A stretch of 34,032 bases of DNA from Candidatus Weimeria sp. (lineage in GTDB: Bacteria; Bacillota; Clostridia; Lachnospirales; Lachnospiraceae), in NCBI GenBank assembly GCA_051878915.1, contig JBJELA010000318.1, positions 1 through 34,032 on the forward strand, read 5' to 3'. A model generated the notes under the pieces. It worked only from the letters and a program-made list of their open reading frames with translations, searched no databases and was not told where the DNA came from. How positions within the stretch are numbered: position 1 is the stretch's first letter; every line of letters starts with the position of its first letter. The position numbers were made by a program, and so were the translations under genes. Below are positions 1-7,574 of this stretch, piece after piece.

Positions 1-1
1 G

Positions 2-100
2 GATGAGGTATTTGAATCTGATCAGTCTGTTGTGTTTGATGAGGCTGAGAACAGGATGCACTCTATCAAGGCTATCATGTACGCCACATTGGTGAAGTAA
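2..100 (+). CDS. argF: Ornithine carbamoyltransferase, 3' end only
   Basis: Frame 2 reads [32 protein letters not shown], containing the OTCase C-terminal motif FDEAENRxH. The stop overlaps the next ATG. Confidence 0.88.
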   Translation, partial: DEVFESDQSVVFDEAENRMHSIKAIMYATLVK

Positions 101-420
101 TGTATCAGGACAAAGTAGTGCTTTGCGCGGCAAGCGCGTACAATAAAAAATACTATCTGAACCCGGACTTTGACAACCTTCCGGATCCTGTGAAAAAGGA
201 GTTGCAGATCATGTGCGTTCTTTTCACGGAGGACATCGGAGGCGTCATCGAGCTCTATTTCGATCAGGAGGGAAGCCTTCATCTGATGACAGATTCAGAA
301 GAAGGAGATCTGACTTACGATAATATCGGAGCGCCGCTTAAGATCAAGCAGATCCAGAAGGACCAGAGAGAGCTTTTCAGAGAGCTTGAGACTTATTTTC
401 AGGAGTTTTACGAGTATTAA
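100..420 (+). CDS. Conserved Lachnospiraceae protein (DUF6145-like)
   Basis: 106-aa ORF ([15 protein letters not shown]...[15 protein letters not shown]), coupled to argF by a TAATG overlap. Confidence 0.7.
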   Translation: MYQDKVVLCAASAYNKKYYLNPDFDNLPDPVKKELQIMCVLFTEDIGGVIELYFDQEGSLHLMTDSEEGDLTYDNIGAPLKIKQIQKDQRELFRELETYFQEFYEY

Positions 421-436
421 TAAGCGGGGTAACAGA

Positions 437-1216
437 ATGTTATTAGCAGTAGACGTAGGAAATACGAACATCACCCTCGGAGTATTCAGGGACAGTGTCC
501 TTATCGGCAACTTCAGGCTGAATACCCGTGTCGCCAGGACATCTGATGAATACGGCATCGCTATCAGAAATATCCTCTATCACAACGGTATAGATCATGA
601 TAAAGTAAAAGACTGCATCATAGCTTCAGTCGTGCCGGCAGTAATGCATTCGCTTACGAGCGGCATCATCAAGTATTTTGACACGAAGCCGCTGATAGTT
701 GCAGCAGGCATAAAGACAGGAATCAATATCCAGACTGAGGTGCCGAGCCAGATAGGCGCCGACAGGATAGTTGACGCGGCAGGCGCGTACGAGCTGTATG
801 GCGGGCCTGTCATAGTCATAGATTTCGGAACGGCTACGACATACGATTTTGTCGATGAGAAGGGCTCGTTTAAATACGGAGTTACCGCGCCCGGGATCAG
901 GATCAGCGCGAAGGCTCTCTGGGAAGACGCCGCAAAGCTCCCTGAGGTCGAGATAAAAAAGCCGAAGAGCATCCTCGCGAGGGAGACCATCACCTCCATG
1001 CAGGCCGGACTTGTTTACGGCCAGATCGGTGCGACAGAGTATATCATACACCAGATGATAAAGGAAAGCGGCGTAAAGGATGTGAAGGTCATAGCTACCG
1101 GAGGCCTCGGCAAGATGATTTCGGCGGAGACCTCTGTCATAGACAAATACAATCCTGACCTGACGCTTCAGGGAATGCGCTTTATCTATGAGAAGCAGGA
1201 TAAAAAGAGGGGCTGA
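437..1216 (+). CDS. coaX: Type III pantothenate kinase
   Basis: Motifs [28 protein letters not shown]. Start placed at ATG 437 rather than TTG 386. Confidence 0.95.
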   Translation: MLLAVDVGNTNITLGVFRDSVLIGNFRLNTRVARTSDEYGIAIRNILYHNGIDHDKVKDCIIASVVPAVMHSLTSGIIKYFDTKPLIVAAGIKTGINIQTEVPSQIGADRIVDAAGAYELYGGPVIVIDFGTATTYDFVDEKGSFKYGVTAPGIRISAKALWEDAAKLPEVEIKKPKSILARETITSMQAGLVYGQIGATEYIIHQMIKESGVKDVKVIATGGLGKMISAETSVIDKYNPDLTLQGMRFIYEKQDKKRG

Positions 1217-1340
1217 TCATCTGATAAAGGCTGTCATCAGAAAAATGATCACCTGATAAAGGCAGTCATCAGAAAAATGATCATCTGATAAAGGCAGTCA
1301 TCAGAAAAATGATCATCTGATAAAGGCTGTCATCAGATAT
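1214..1340. repeat. Four tandem 32-bp repeats between convergent coaX and cbiL stops
   Basis: Unit TGATCA(T/C)CTGATAAAGGC(T/A)GTCATCAGAAAAA at 1214, 1246, 1278 and 1310; the last copy is the cbiL 3' end. Confidence 0.95.
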
Positions 1341-1984
1341 GATTTCTCTTCGGGAACGTCTGAAAGCCTCGTATAGATGGCTTCATCAGGCATTCCGCAT
1401 CTGTTTACAGCTCCAAGGAATTCATGCTCTGGCTTTTTTGCCAGAGCTTTTTTCAGCTCCGGAAGCCTTTTTCCGAGCTTCATGAAGATCTTGATCCCGG
1501 AAAGACCGAGAGCAGTATTTAAATCCGCGGTTCCTGGGATAATATGGATTTCTTCGTCCTCCTGTCCGAGGATCAGCCCGAGCCTCCCGGAGCAGGAGAG
1601 GAACGATGGGATCCCGTTTACGATATCGACAGTAAATCCGTCAGATTCAGCGAGCTCTTTTATGTAAGAAAAGGTCGAATAGACGAGCACATCGCCAATA
1701 GTCGCGAAGCCCGCATTTTTTCCATCGGATAAAAGTGACCTGATGAATTCGTATATTTTTTCACGGCGCTCAGTGAGCACTGCTTTGTCGTGAGTCATCG
1801 GAAAGCTGAAAAACTTCAGGTTTTTAGTATCTATTTCGGGCCACGCGCCCTTTATGATGTCGTAGGCTCTTTTTCCTGATGGAAAAATAACTGTATCGCA
1901 GCCCTGCAGGGTTGCTATTGCTTTATATGTGACGTCGGAGGGATCACCGCAGCCGACGCCGATTCCGTAGAGTATGCCAGACAT
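1313..1984 (-). CDS. cbiL: Precorrin-2/cobalt-factor II C20-methyltransferase (CobI/CbiL)
   Basis: LYGIGVGCGD, FPMT, TIGDVLVYSTF, GIPSF, FMK motifs of tetrapyrrole methyltransferases; AGGAGG RBS. Confidence 0.85.
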   Translation of the reverse strand: MSGILYGIGVGCGDPSDVTYKAIATLQGCDTVIFPSGKRAYDIIKGAWPEIDTKNLKFFSFPMTHDKAVLTERREKIYEFIRSLLSDGKNAGFATIGDVLVYSTFSYIKELAESDGFTVDIVNGIPSFLSCSGRLGLILGQEDEEIHIIPGTADLNTALGLSGIKIFMKLGKRLPELKKALAKKPEHEFLGAVNRCGMPDEAIYTRLSDVPEEKSYLMTAFIR

Positions 1985-2000
1985 TTTTTCCTCCTTGGTT

Positions 2001-2069
2001 GTTACTATTCATGGAACCTCTCCAGGCAGATCGCAGATCAACCGCGCTTACACGCGTTTGCCGCGTCTT
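2001..2069. repeat. ~68-bp interspersed palindromic repeat, copy 1
   Basis: GTTACTATTCATGGAACCTCTCCAGGCAGATCGCAGATCAACCGCGCTTACACGCGTTTGCC aligns without gaps to the copy starting at 2683. Confidence 0.85.
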
Positions 2070-2248
2070 CGATGCTGAAAATCAGCGGTTGTTAGGGAGG
2101 TTCCTGTTTCACAGGCACTGCTTTTTTGGGGGTTAATCGTCCGCACAAGTGCGTCCGACGCGAACCCGTTTTCTTTTGCTTTTGCAGCGAAAGTTACCTG
2201 CAGCTCAATTGTCCACGCAAGTGCGTCCGTTGTGAAAGTGTGCCGCCC

Positions 2249-2659
2249 TTAGTTGAGGTTATCAGGGCCAAAGGACTCAGGAAGCAGCTGTGAGAGGGTG
2301 TATTCCTTTATCTGCTTGCCGCGGTCCGCCGAAAGTATTATTTTGAAATCGCTGCCGCAGAATTCACGCATGACCTGTCTGCAGATGCCGCATGGCGGGC
2401 AGAAGCCGGTGTCATTTTTATCAGGACCGCCGCAGATGGCGATAGCGGTGAACTTCCTTCTGCCCTCCGAGACCGCCTTGAAAAATGCCGTCCTCTCGGC
2501 GCAGTTAGAGGCGCCGTAGGAGGCGTTCTCGATATTGCCGCCAAGAAAGACGGAGCCGTCCTCACATAGAAGCGCGGCGCCTACATTGAAGCGCGAATAC
2601 GGCGCGTATGACATATTCATGGCCTCGCGAGCCTTATTTACCAGTTCTTCACTTGTCAT
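2249..2659 (-). CDS. cdd: Cytidine deaminase
   Basis: YAPYSRF, NIENASY, CAER, PCGICRQ motifs. An AAGGAG RBS favours ATG 2659 over 2677. Confidence 0.95.
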   Translation of the reverse strand: MTSEELVNKAREAMNMSYAPYSRFNVGAALLCEDGSVFLGGNIENASYGASNCAERTAFFKAVSEGRRKFTAIAICGGPDKNDTGFCPPCGICRQVMREFCGSDFKIILSADRGKQIKEYTLSQLLPESFGPDNLN

Positions 2660-2682
2660 CACAGGGTTCTCCTTCATAGTCA

Positions 2683-2750
2683 GTTACTGTTCACGGCGCC
2701 TCCCCAGGCAGACCGCATACCAACCGCGCTTTCGCGCGGTTGCCAGTCTT
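2683..2750. repeat. ~68-bp interspersed palindromic repeat, copy 2
   Basis: GTTACTGTTCACGGCGCCTCCCCAGGCAGACCGCATACCAACCGCGCTTTCGCGCGGTTGCC; contains hairpin CAACCGCGC-TTTC-GCGCGGTTG. Confidence 0.85.
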
Positions 2751-2753
2751 TAT

Positions 2754-2835
2754 ATTTTATCACATCATTCGCTGTTTTTTAAAATATTTTGTTTTGATTT
2801 GAGTTATAATAAATGGAAAATTTCTTGCAGGAGTA
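2754..2835. repeat. ~82-bp direct repeat, copy 1 (promoter/RBS block)
   Basis: Core ATATTTTGTTTTGATTTGAGTTATAATAAATG...TGCAGGAGTA recurs 645 bp downstream. Confidence 0.9.
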
Positions 2836-2848
2836 AGCAGGCTGTGGA

Positions 2849-3365
2849 TTTCCGTACCAAAAGACCAAAATTGACAAATGGTACGGAAAACAAGCCAAAG
2901 CAAGCCATGAATTTCCGTACCAAAAACCAGGAATTGGCAAATGGTACGGAAAGAAAGAGAAAGCAAGCCATGGATTTCCGTACCAAAAGCCTAAAATTGA
3001 CAAATGGTACGGAAAACAAGAGAAAGCAAGCTGTGGATTTCCGTACCAAAAACCAGGAATTGGCAAATGGTACGGAAAGAAAGAGAAAGCAAGCCATGGA
3101 TTTCCGTACCAAAAGCCTAAAATTGACAAATGGTACGGAAAACAAGAGAAAGCAAGCTGCGGATTTCCGTACCAAAAACCAGGAATTGACAAATGGTACG
3201 GAAAGCAAGAGAAAGCAAGCCATGAATTTCCGTACCAGAACGCAGAAATTGGCATATGGTACGGAAAACAAGAGAAGGCAAGCCATGGATTTCCGTACCA
3301 AAAGCCAGGAATTGACAAATGGTACGGAAAACAAGCCAAAGCCGGCTGTAAATTTCCGCACCAAA
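2849..3365. repeat. Tandem array of 63-bp palindromic units (8 full plus 1 partial)
   Basis: TTTCCGTACCA-N19-TGGTACGGAAA-N22 starts at 2849, 2912, 2975, 3038, 3101, 3164, 3227 and 3290, with a degenerate half-unit at 3353. Confidence 0.97.
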
Positions 3366-3398
3366 AGGCCTTGAGACATATGAAGTTTCAAACTCAGG

Positions 3399-3480
3399 AT
3401 TTTATTATATCATTCATTATTTTTTAACATATTTTGTTTTGATTTGAGTTATAATAAATGAAAAATTACCTGCAGGAGTA
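3399..3480. promoter_or_regulatory. ~82-bp direct repeat, copy 2; likely divergent promoter
   Basis: + strand TATAAT at 3450-3455 and AGGAG before ATG 3491; - strand TGATATAAT (extended -10) at 3404-3412. Confidence 0.65.
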
Positions 3481-3490
3481 TTAATCAGTT

Positions 3491-4108
3491 ATGGAAGAAA
3501 GTATATACGGACCGTACAGGCCCGAGCTTGAAAAAATACAGAAGGAGCTTTTGGACGATATCAATTCCCTGAGGGAAGAGATAAAGGCGAAGAACGGGAT
3601 GGATCCGGTCGAGCACTGCCTTTCGAGGATAAAGGACGAGGACAGCATGAGAGAGAAATGCGTCAGAAAGGGGCTGCCTGTCACGACAGAATCGGCCCTG
3701 ACGAAGATCTATGATGCAGTCGGTATCAGAGTCGTATGCGCCTTTATCGACGATATCTACAAATTCCGTGATCACCTGAGGGCGCTACCGGGAGCCGAGG
3801 TTATGGAGGAAAAGGATTACATAAAGCACGCGAAGCCGAACGGATACAGGAGCTATCATATGATACTCCGGATGCACGGAAAATTCTACGCAGAGATACA
3901 GCTGCGCACGATATCTCAGGATACCTGGGCGGCACTCGAGCACCATATCAGATACAAGCACGACATCAGCAGGTCAAACGAGGAGCTTATAGCCACAGAG
4001 CTGAAGAGATGCGCCGATGAGCTGGCGTCCACGGACCTTTCGATGCAGACCATCAGAGATATGATCTTTGAAGAAAACAGACAGACAGACGGGAGTGAAA
4101 TAAAATGA
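3491..4108 (+). CDS. Small alarmone (ppGpp) synthetase, RelA/SpoT synthetase domain only
   Basis: RIK..SMREK, DAVGIR, GYRSYH, EIQLRT, WAALEH motifs in a 205-aa protein. Confidence 0.9.
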   Translation: MEESIYGPYRPELEKIQKELLDDINSLREEIKAKNGMDPVEHCLSRIKDEDSMREKCVRKGLPVTTESALTKIYDAVGIRVVCAFIDDIYKFRDHLRALPGAEVMEEKDYIKHAKPNGYRSYHMILRMHGKFYAEIQLRTISQDTWAALEHHIRYKHDISRSNEELIATELKRCADELASTDLSMQTIRDMIFEENRQTDGSEIK

Positions 4109-4782
4109 AATTACTTTTAGCAGAAGACACAAGAGACCTGAACAGAGCGGAATCAGCGATACTTACTCACGAGGGATATGATGTGACCAGCGCCTATGAC
4201 GGGCAGGAGGCACTCGATTTCCTGGAGCAGGACAGCTTTGACGCGGTGATCCTCGACATCATGATGCCGAAGGTCGACGGGATAGGCGTACTGAAGGCTA
4301 TGCGTGAGAACAATATCCTGACGCCGGTTCTTCTTCTTACAGCAAAAACCGAAGTAGATGACAAGGTCGCGGGCCTCGACGCGGGAGCGGACGACTATCT
4401 GGCCAAGCCATTTGACATGAGGGAGCTGCTCGCGAGGGTAAGGGCCCTGGTGAGAAGAGGCAGAGAGTACAACCCGCAGGATATGAGCTTTGGCGATGTG
4501 TCGCTGAAGGCCAACGAGATGGAGCTCTCCTGTGAGAACTCAGTAAGGCTTTCAATCAGGGAATTTGAACTGATGCAGATGCTTATGATCCACTCGGACG
4601 GAGAGCTTTCTACTGATGACATCCTTCAGAAGATCTGGGCCAGTGAACCTGAGGCAAATGAGGATACGGTCTGGCTCTACATCTCATATCTGAAGAGAAA
4701 GCTTTCAGCAATCGATTCAGGACTTACGATAGAGGGAGAAAAGGGCGGAAACTTCAGGCTTTCAGATACCAGGGCAGCATAA
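4105..4782 (+). CDS. OmpR-family response regulator
   Basis: LLAED, LDIMMP, LLTAK, GADDYLAKPF receiver motifs; winged-helix C-terminus. Confidence 0.95.
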   Translation: MKLLLAEDTRDLNRAESAILTHEGYDVTSAYDGQEALDFLEQDSFDAVILDIMMPKVDGIGVLKAMRENNILTPVLLLTAKTEVDDKVAGLDAGADDYLAKPFDMRELLARVRALVRRGREYNPQDMSFGDVSLKANEMELSCENSVRLSIREFELMQMLMIHSDGELSTDDILQKIWASEPEANEDTVWLYISYLKRKLSAIDSGLTIEGEKGGNFRLSDTRAA

Positions 4783-4806
4783 TTAAAACACCATGGAGGT
4801 GACCAT

Positions 4807-6150
4807 ATGAATGAACAGTCGATAAAAAAACTAAAAAACAAATTTGTGATCATCTCTATGCTTTCGTTTATAGCAGTAATGCTCTTGGTTGGCGGGCTGA
4901 TCTATATCGGTACTGTGACGGTTACGAGGAAAGAAGCACATGAGGTGACTCAGTCGATCATTGATAATGGCGGTGAGCTTCCGTCAGTAAAGACTGTCAT
5001 AAAAGAAGAGGACGCGGGCAGTGACAACAGCTCCTCTGACGATACTGACAACAGCGGCAGCTCGGGCTATGATTCTTCCGATGACAGCATCTATTACTTT
5101 TTAAAGTCGATGTTCGGAGGCGGGAAGAACATCCTCTCGAACAAGGACCAGTGGTATGCCACCAGGTATTTTTCGGTTATTTTTGATAAAAATAACGAGG
5201 TTACGGACATAAAGGCTGACAGGATAGCTTCCATCGATGTAGATCAGGCAAAGCAGTACGCTCTTATGGTCACTGATAATGTGTTTAAATTCGGAAGCTT
5301 CGGCGACTATTATTATCAGGTAGCGAAACAGGGTGACGAGACCATAGTGGTATTCCTCGACTGCTCGAGTCAGATAAGGCTTACGAGCCGTGTCCTCTAT
5401 ATGGCGCTGATGCTGATAGGCTTCGGTTCCATCATCTCCTTCCTCGTGCTTCGGGCTCTCTCATATAAGGCTATTGCGCCGGAGATAAAGAATGTCGAGC
5501 AGCAGAAGCAGTTCATCACGAACGCGAGCCACGAGCTGAAGACTCCGCTCGCCGTGATAAAGGCAAACACCCAGGTTCAGGAGATGATGAACGGAAAGGA
5601 CGAATGGACTGAGTCTACGATGCGGCAGGTGGACAGGATGACAGGACTTATCCAGAACCTCGTGACCATAGTCCGCGCCGAGGAAAAGGAGGACGCCGGT
5701 GACAGGGTGGATACTGATGTCACGGAGGCTATTAAGGATACAGTAAAGAGCTATGTGCCGGTCGCTGAGAATGCCGGAAAGACACTGAATCAGAATATTG
5801 CTGAGAATGTCCATATGAAGGCGGTCGAGAGCCAGATCAGGCAGCTCGCGACGCTTCTTATAGATAACGCGATAAAATACTGTGACGACAAGGGCAGCAT
5901 CGATGTTACGGTAGCGCAGAAGGGCAAGGGCTTCAGGCTTTTAGTGTCAAATTCATACGCTGAAGGGAAAAATGTGGACTATTCGAAATTCTTTGAGAGA
6001 TTCTACAGGGCCGACACCTCGCACAATGTCGACAAGGGCGGCTATGGAATAGGACTTTCAATAGCAGAGAGCCTTGTAAAGCAGTACAACGGCACTATAA
6101 ACGCTTCGTGGAAGGACGGAATCATCACATTTGAATGTGTTCTGAAATAA
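4807..6150 (+). CDS. Sensor histidine kinase
   Basis: Two hydrophobic segments; NASHELKTPL H-box, DNAIKY N-box, FERFYR, GYGIGLSIA. Confidence 0.95.
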   Translation: MNEQSIKKLKNKFVIISMLSFIAVMLLVGGLIYIGTVTVTRKEAHEVTQSIIDNGGELPSVKTVIKEEDAGSDNSSSDDTDNSGSSGYDSSDDSIYYFLKSMFGGGKNILSNKDQWYATRYFSVIFDKNNEVTDIKADRIASIDVDQAKQYALMVTDNVFKFGSFGDYYYQVAKQGDETIVVFLDCSSQIRLTSRVLYMALMLIGFGSIISFLVLRALSYKAIAPEIKNVEQQKQFITNASHELKTPLAVIKANTQVQEMMNGKDEWTESTMRQVDRMTGLIQNLVTIVRAEEKEDAGDRVDTDVTEAIKDTVKSYVPVAENAGKTLNQNIAENVHMKAVESQIRQLATLLIDNAIKYCDDKGSIDVTVAQKGKGFRLLVSNSYAEGKNVDYSKFFERFYRADTSHNVDKGGYGIGLSIAESLVKQYNGTINASWKDGIITFECVLK

Positions 6151-6183
6151 TGTAAAAGCAGGGGCTTATAAGGAGACGAGACA

Positions 6184-6912
6184 ATGAATTTTATTATTGA
6201 CGCGGAAAACGAGGACTATCATGGCCTGGAGGGCGCTGATTTTTTAAAGAAAGACAACGCGCTTTTTATCTATCATGAGAACAGGACGGGGCTGATACCA
6301 AGGCTTTACAGTGAGATCCTGAAGAGAACTGAAGCTGAGGTATTTTTTTGTAAAAATGAACGCGGTCCGGCTGCGATCGCCGCAAAAATAAATGAGCTTT
6401 TTTCGGCGGAAAAACCGTCTGAAGTAATTTATATCGGTCACAGGCATTTTGATTCAGCTCCGGCCTTTGATACTGTAATGAGTGCCATCTATGCCGGATG
6501 TATGGATGGAGCCGGAGAGATGGTAAGCATCGAAGAGCTGGAGGCTGAATTTTCCAGAAAGAAATCTCTCTATGAGATATCTGAAAGCCTGTCACTTGAC
6601 TTTTCTGCCTTTCTGAAGGTCTATGCCGAAAATCATAATGACGCGAAGAAGCTTTACCAGGAGCTAACGCACGAGTTCGGAGGCGAAAAGGGACTTTTGG
6701 CATACAGACGCCTGAAGGACAGTAAGCTGGGACCGTTCAGAAAAAATAAAAGGGAACCGGATGAGCCTCTGATATTCAGTGATGCGGCTCAGGAGGAACC
6801 CGAAAAAGCAACTGCGCAGAAAAAGGAGAGAAGATTCTGGCAGGACCAGAATTTTACCCCGCTCTGGCAGGAAAAAAGCATCTACGAAGAGGATGAAGAC
6901 GAATTTTTCTGA
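6184..6912 (+). CDS. Hypothetical protein, possibly a degenerate PIN/NYN-like domain
   Basis: N-terminal FIIDAEN resembles the PIN first strand (IDxEN), but the later acidic catalytic motifs are not evident. GGAG RBS. Confidence 0.5.
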   Translation: MNFIIDAENEDYHGLEGADFLKKDNALFIYHENRTGLIPRLYSEILKRTEAEVFFCKNERGPAAIAAKINELFSAEKPSEVIYIGHRHFDSAPAFDTVMSAIYAGCMDGAGEMVSIEELEAEFSRKKSLYEISESLSLDFSAFLKVYAENHNDAKKLYQELTHEFGGEKGLLAYRRLKDSKLGPFRKNKREPDEPLIFSDAAQEEPEKATAQKKERRFWQDQNFTPLWQEKSIYEEDEDEFF

Positions 6913-6926
6913 TGTTGTCTTATTTC

Positions 6927-6955
6927 TTGACTTTCATTTCCAATACGTTTATACT
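6927..6955 (+). promoter_or_regulatory. Sigma70-type promoter for greA-lysS
   Basis: TTGACT-N17-TATACT. Confidence 0.75.
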
Positions 6956-7019
6956 ATTTGAGCAATATTAGCGGATAATTTGTATTTTTTGCATTTTTTA
7001 TAAAAGAAAGGACGTTGTC

Positions 7020-7535
7020 ATGGAAGAGCAAAAGAAGAATCTAATGACCGAGGAAGGTAAGAAAAAGCTGGAGGATGAGCTGCAGGATTTAAAGCTGGTA
7101 CAACGTCCGGCCATCTCAAAGAAAATCGGTGAGGCCAGAGAACAGGGAGACCTTTCAGAGAATGCTGAGTATGACGCTGCAAAGGATGAGCAGGGTAAGA
7201 TCGAGGACCGTATCGCTGAGATCGAGGAGATCCTGAAGTACGCTGTTGTTGCTGATACTGGTGTGGACACCGGAAAAATCAACATCGGTTACACCGTAAC
7301 AATCCAGGAGACGGATGATTCTGATGATGATGATGATGACGACGACGAAGCGGAGACATACGATATCGTAGGTTCAAACGAGGTCGATGTGTTAAACGGC
7401 AGGATTTCAAACGAGTCTCCTGTTGGCGCGGCTGTCATCGGTCATGAGCCTGGAGATTCTGTTACAGTAGAGACTGAGGCTGGAACCTTCACTTATAAGA
7501 TTCTTGAAGCTCACAGAACAGGTGAGAACGCCTGA
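7020..7535 (+). CDS. greA: Transcription elongation factor GreA
   Basis: GDLSENAEYDAAK and ISNESPVG motifs. Confidence 0.97.
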   Translation: MEEQKKNLMTEEGKKKLEDELQDLKLVQRPAISKKIGEAREQGDLSENAEYDAAKDEQGKIEDRIAEIEEILKYAVVADTGVDTGKINIGYTVTIQETDDSDDDDDDDDEAETYDIVGSNEVDVLNGRISNESPVGAAVIGHEPGDSVTVETEAGTFTYKILEAHRTGENA

Positions 7536-7574
7536 ACGAAAACAAGAGAATAACTGAAAGGATTTTTATTTAGA

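Noticed and set aside
1985-2248. Cobalamin riboswitch upstream of cbiL
   Set aside because: No B12-box or other recognisable core motifs on the - strand; the region is explained by repeats.
2849-3365. CRISPR array
   Set aside because: The variable segments are homologous to each other and only 19-22 nt long, and no cas genes are in the window.
2779-3391. Minus-strand repeat ORFs (186 and 195 aa) and the 2535 start of the + strand ORF
   Set aside because: Open frames follow from a stop-free 63-bp period; the 2535 start lies antisense inside cdd.
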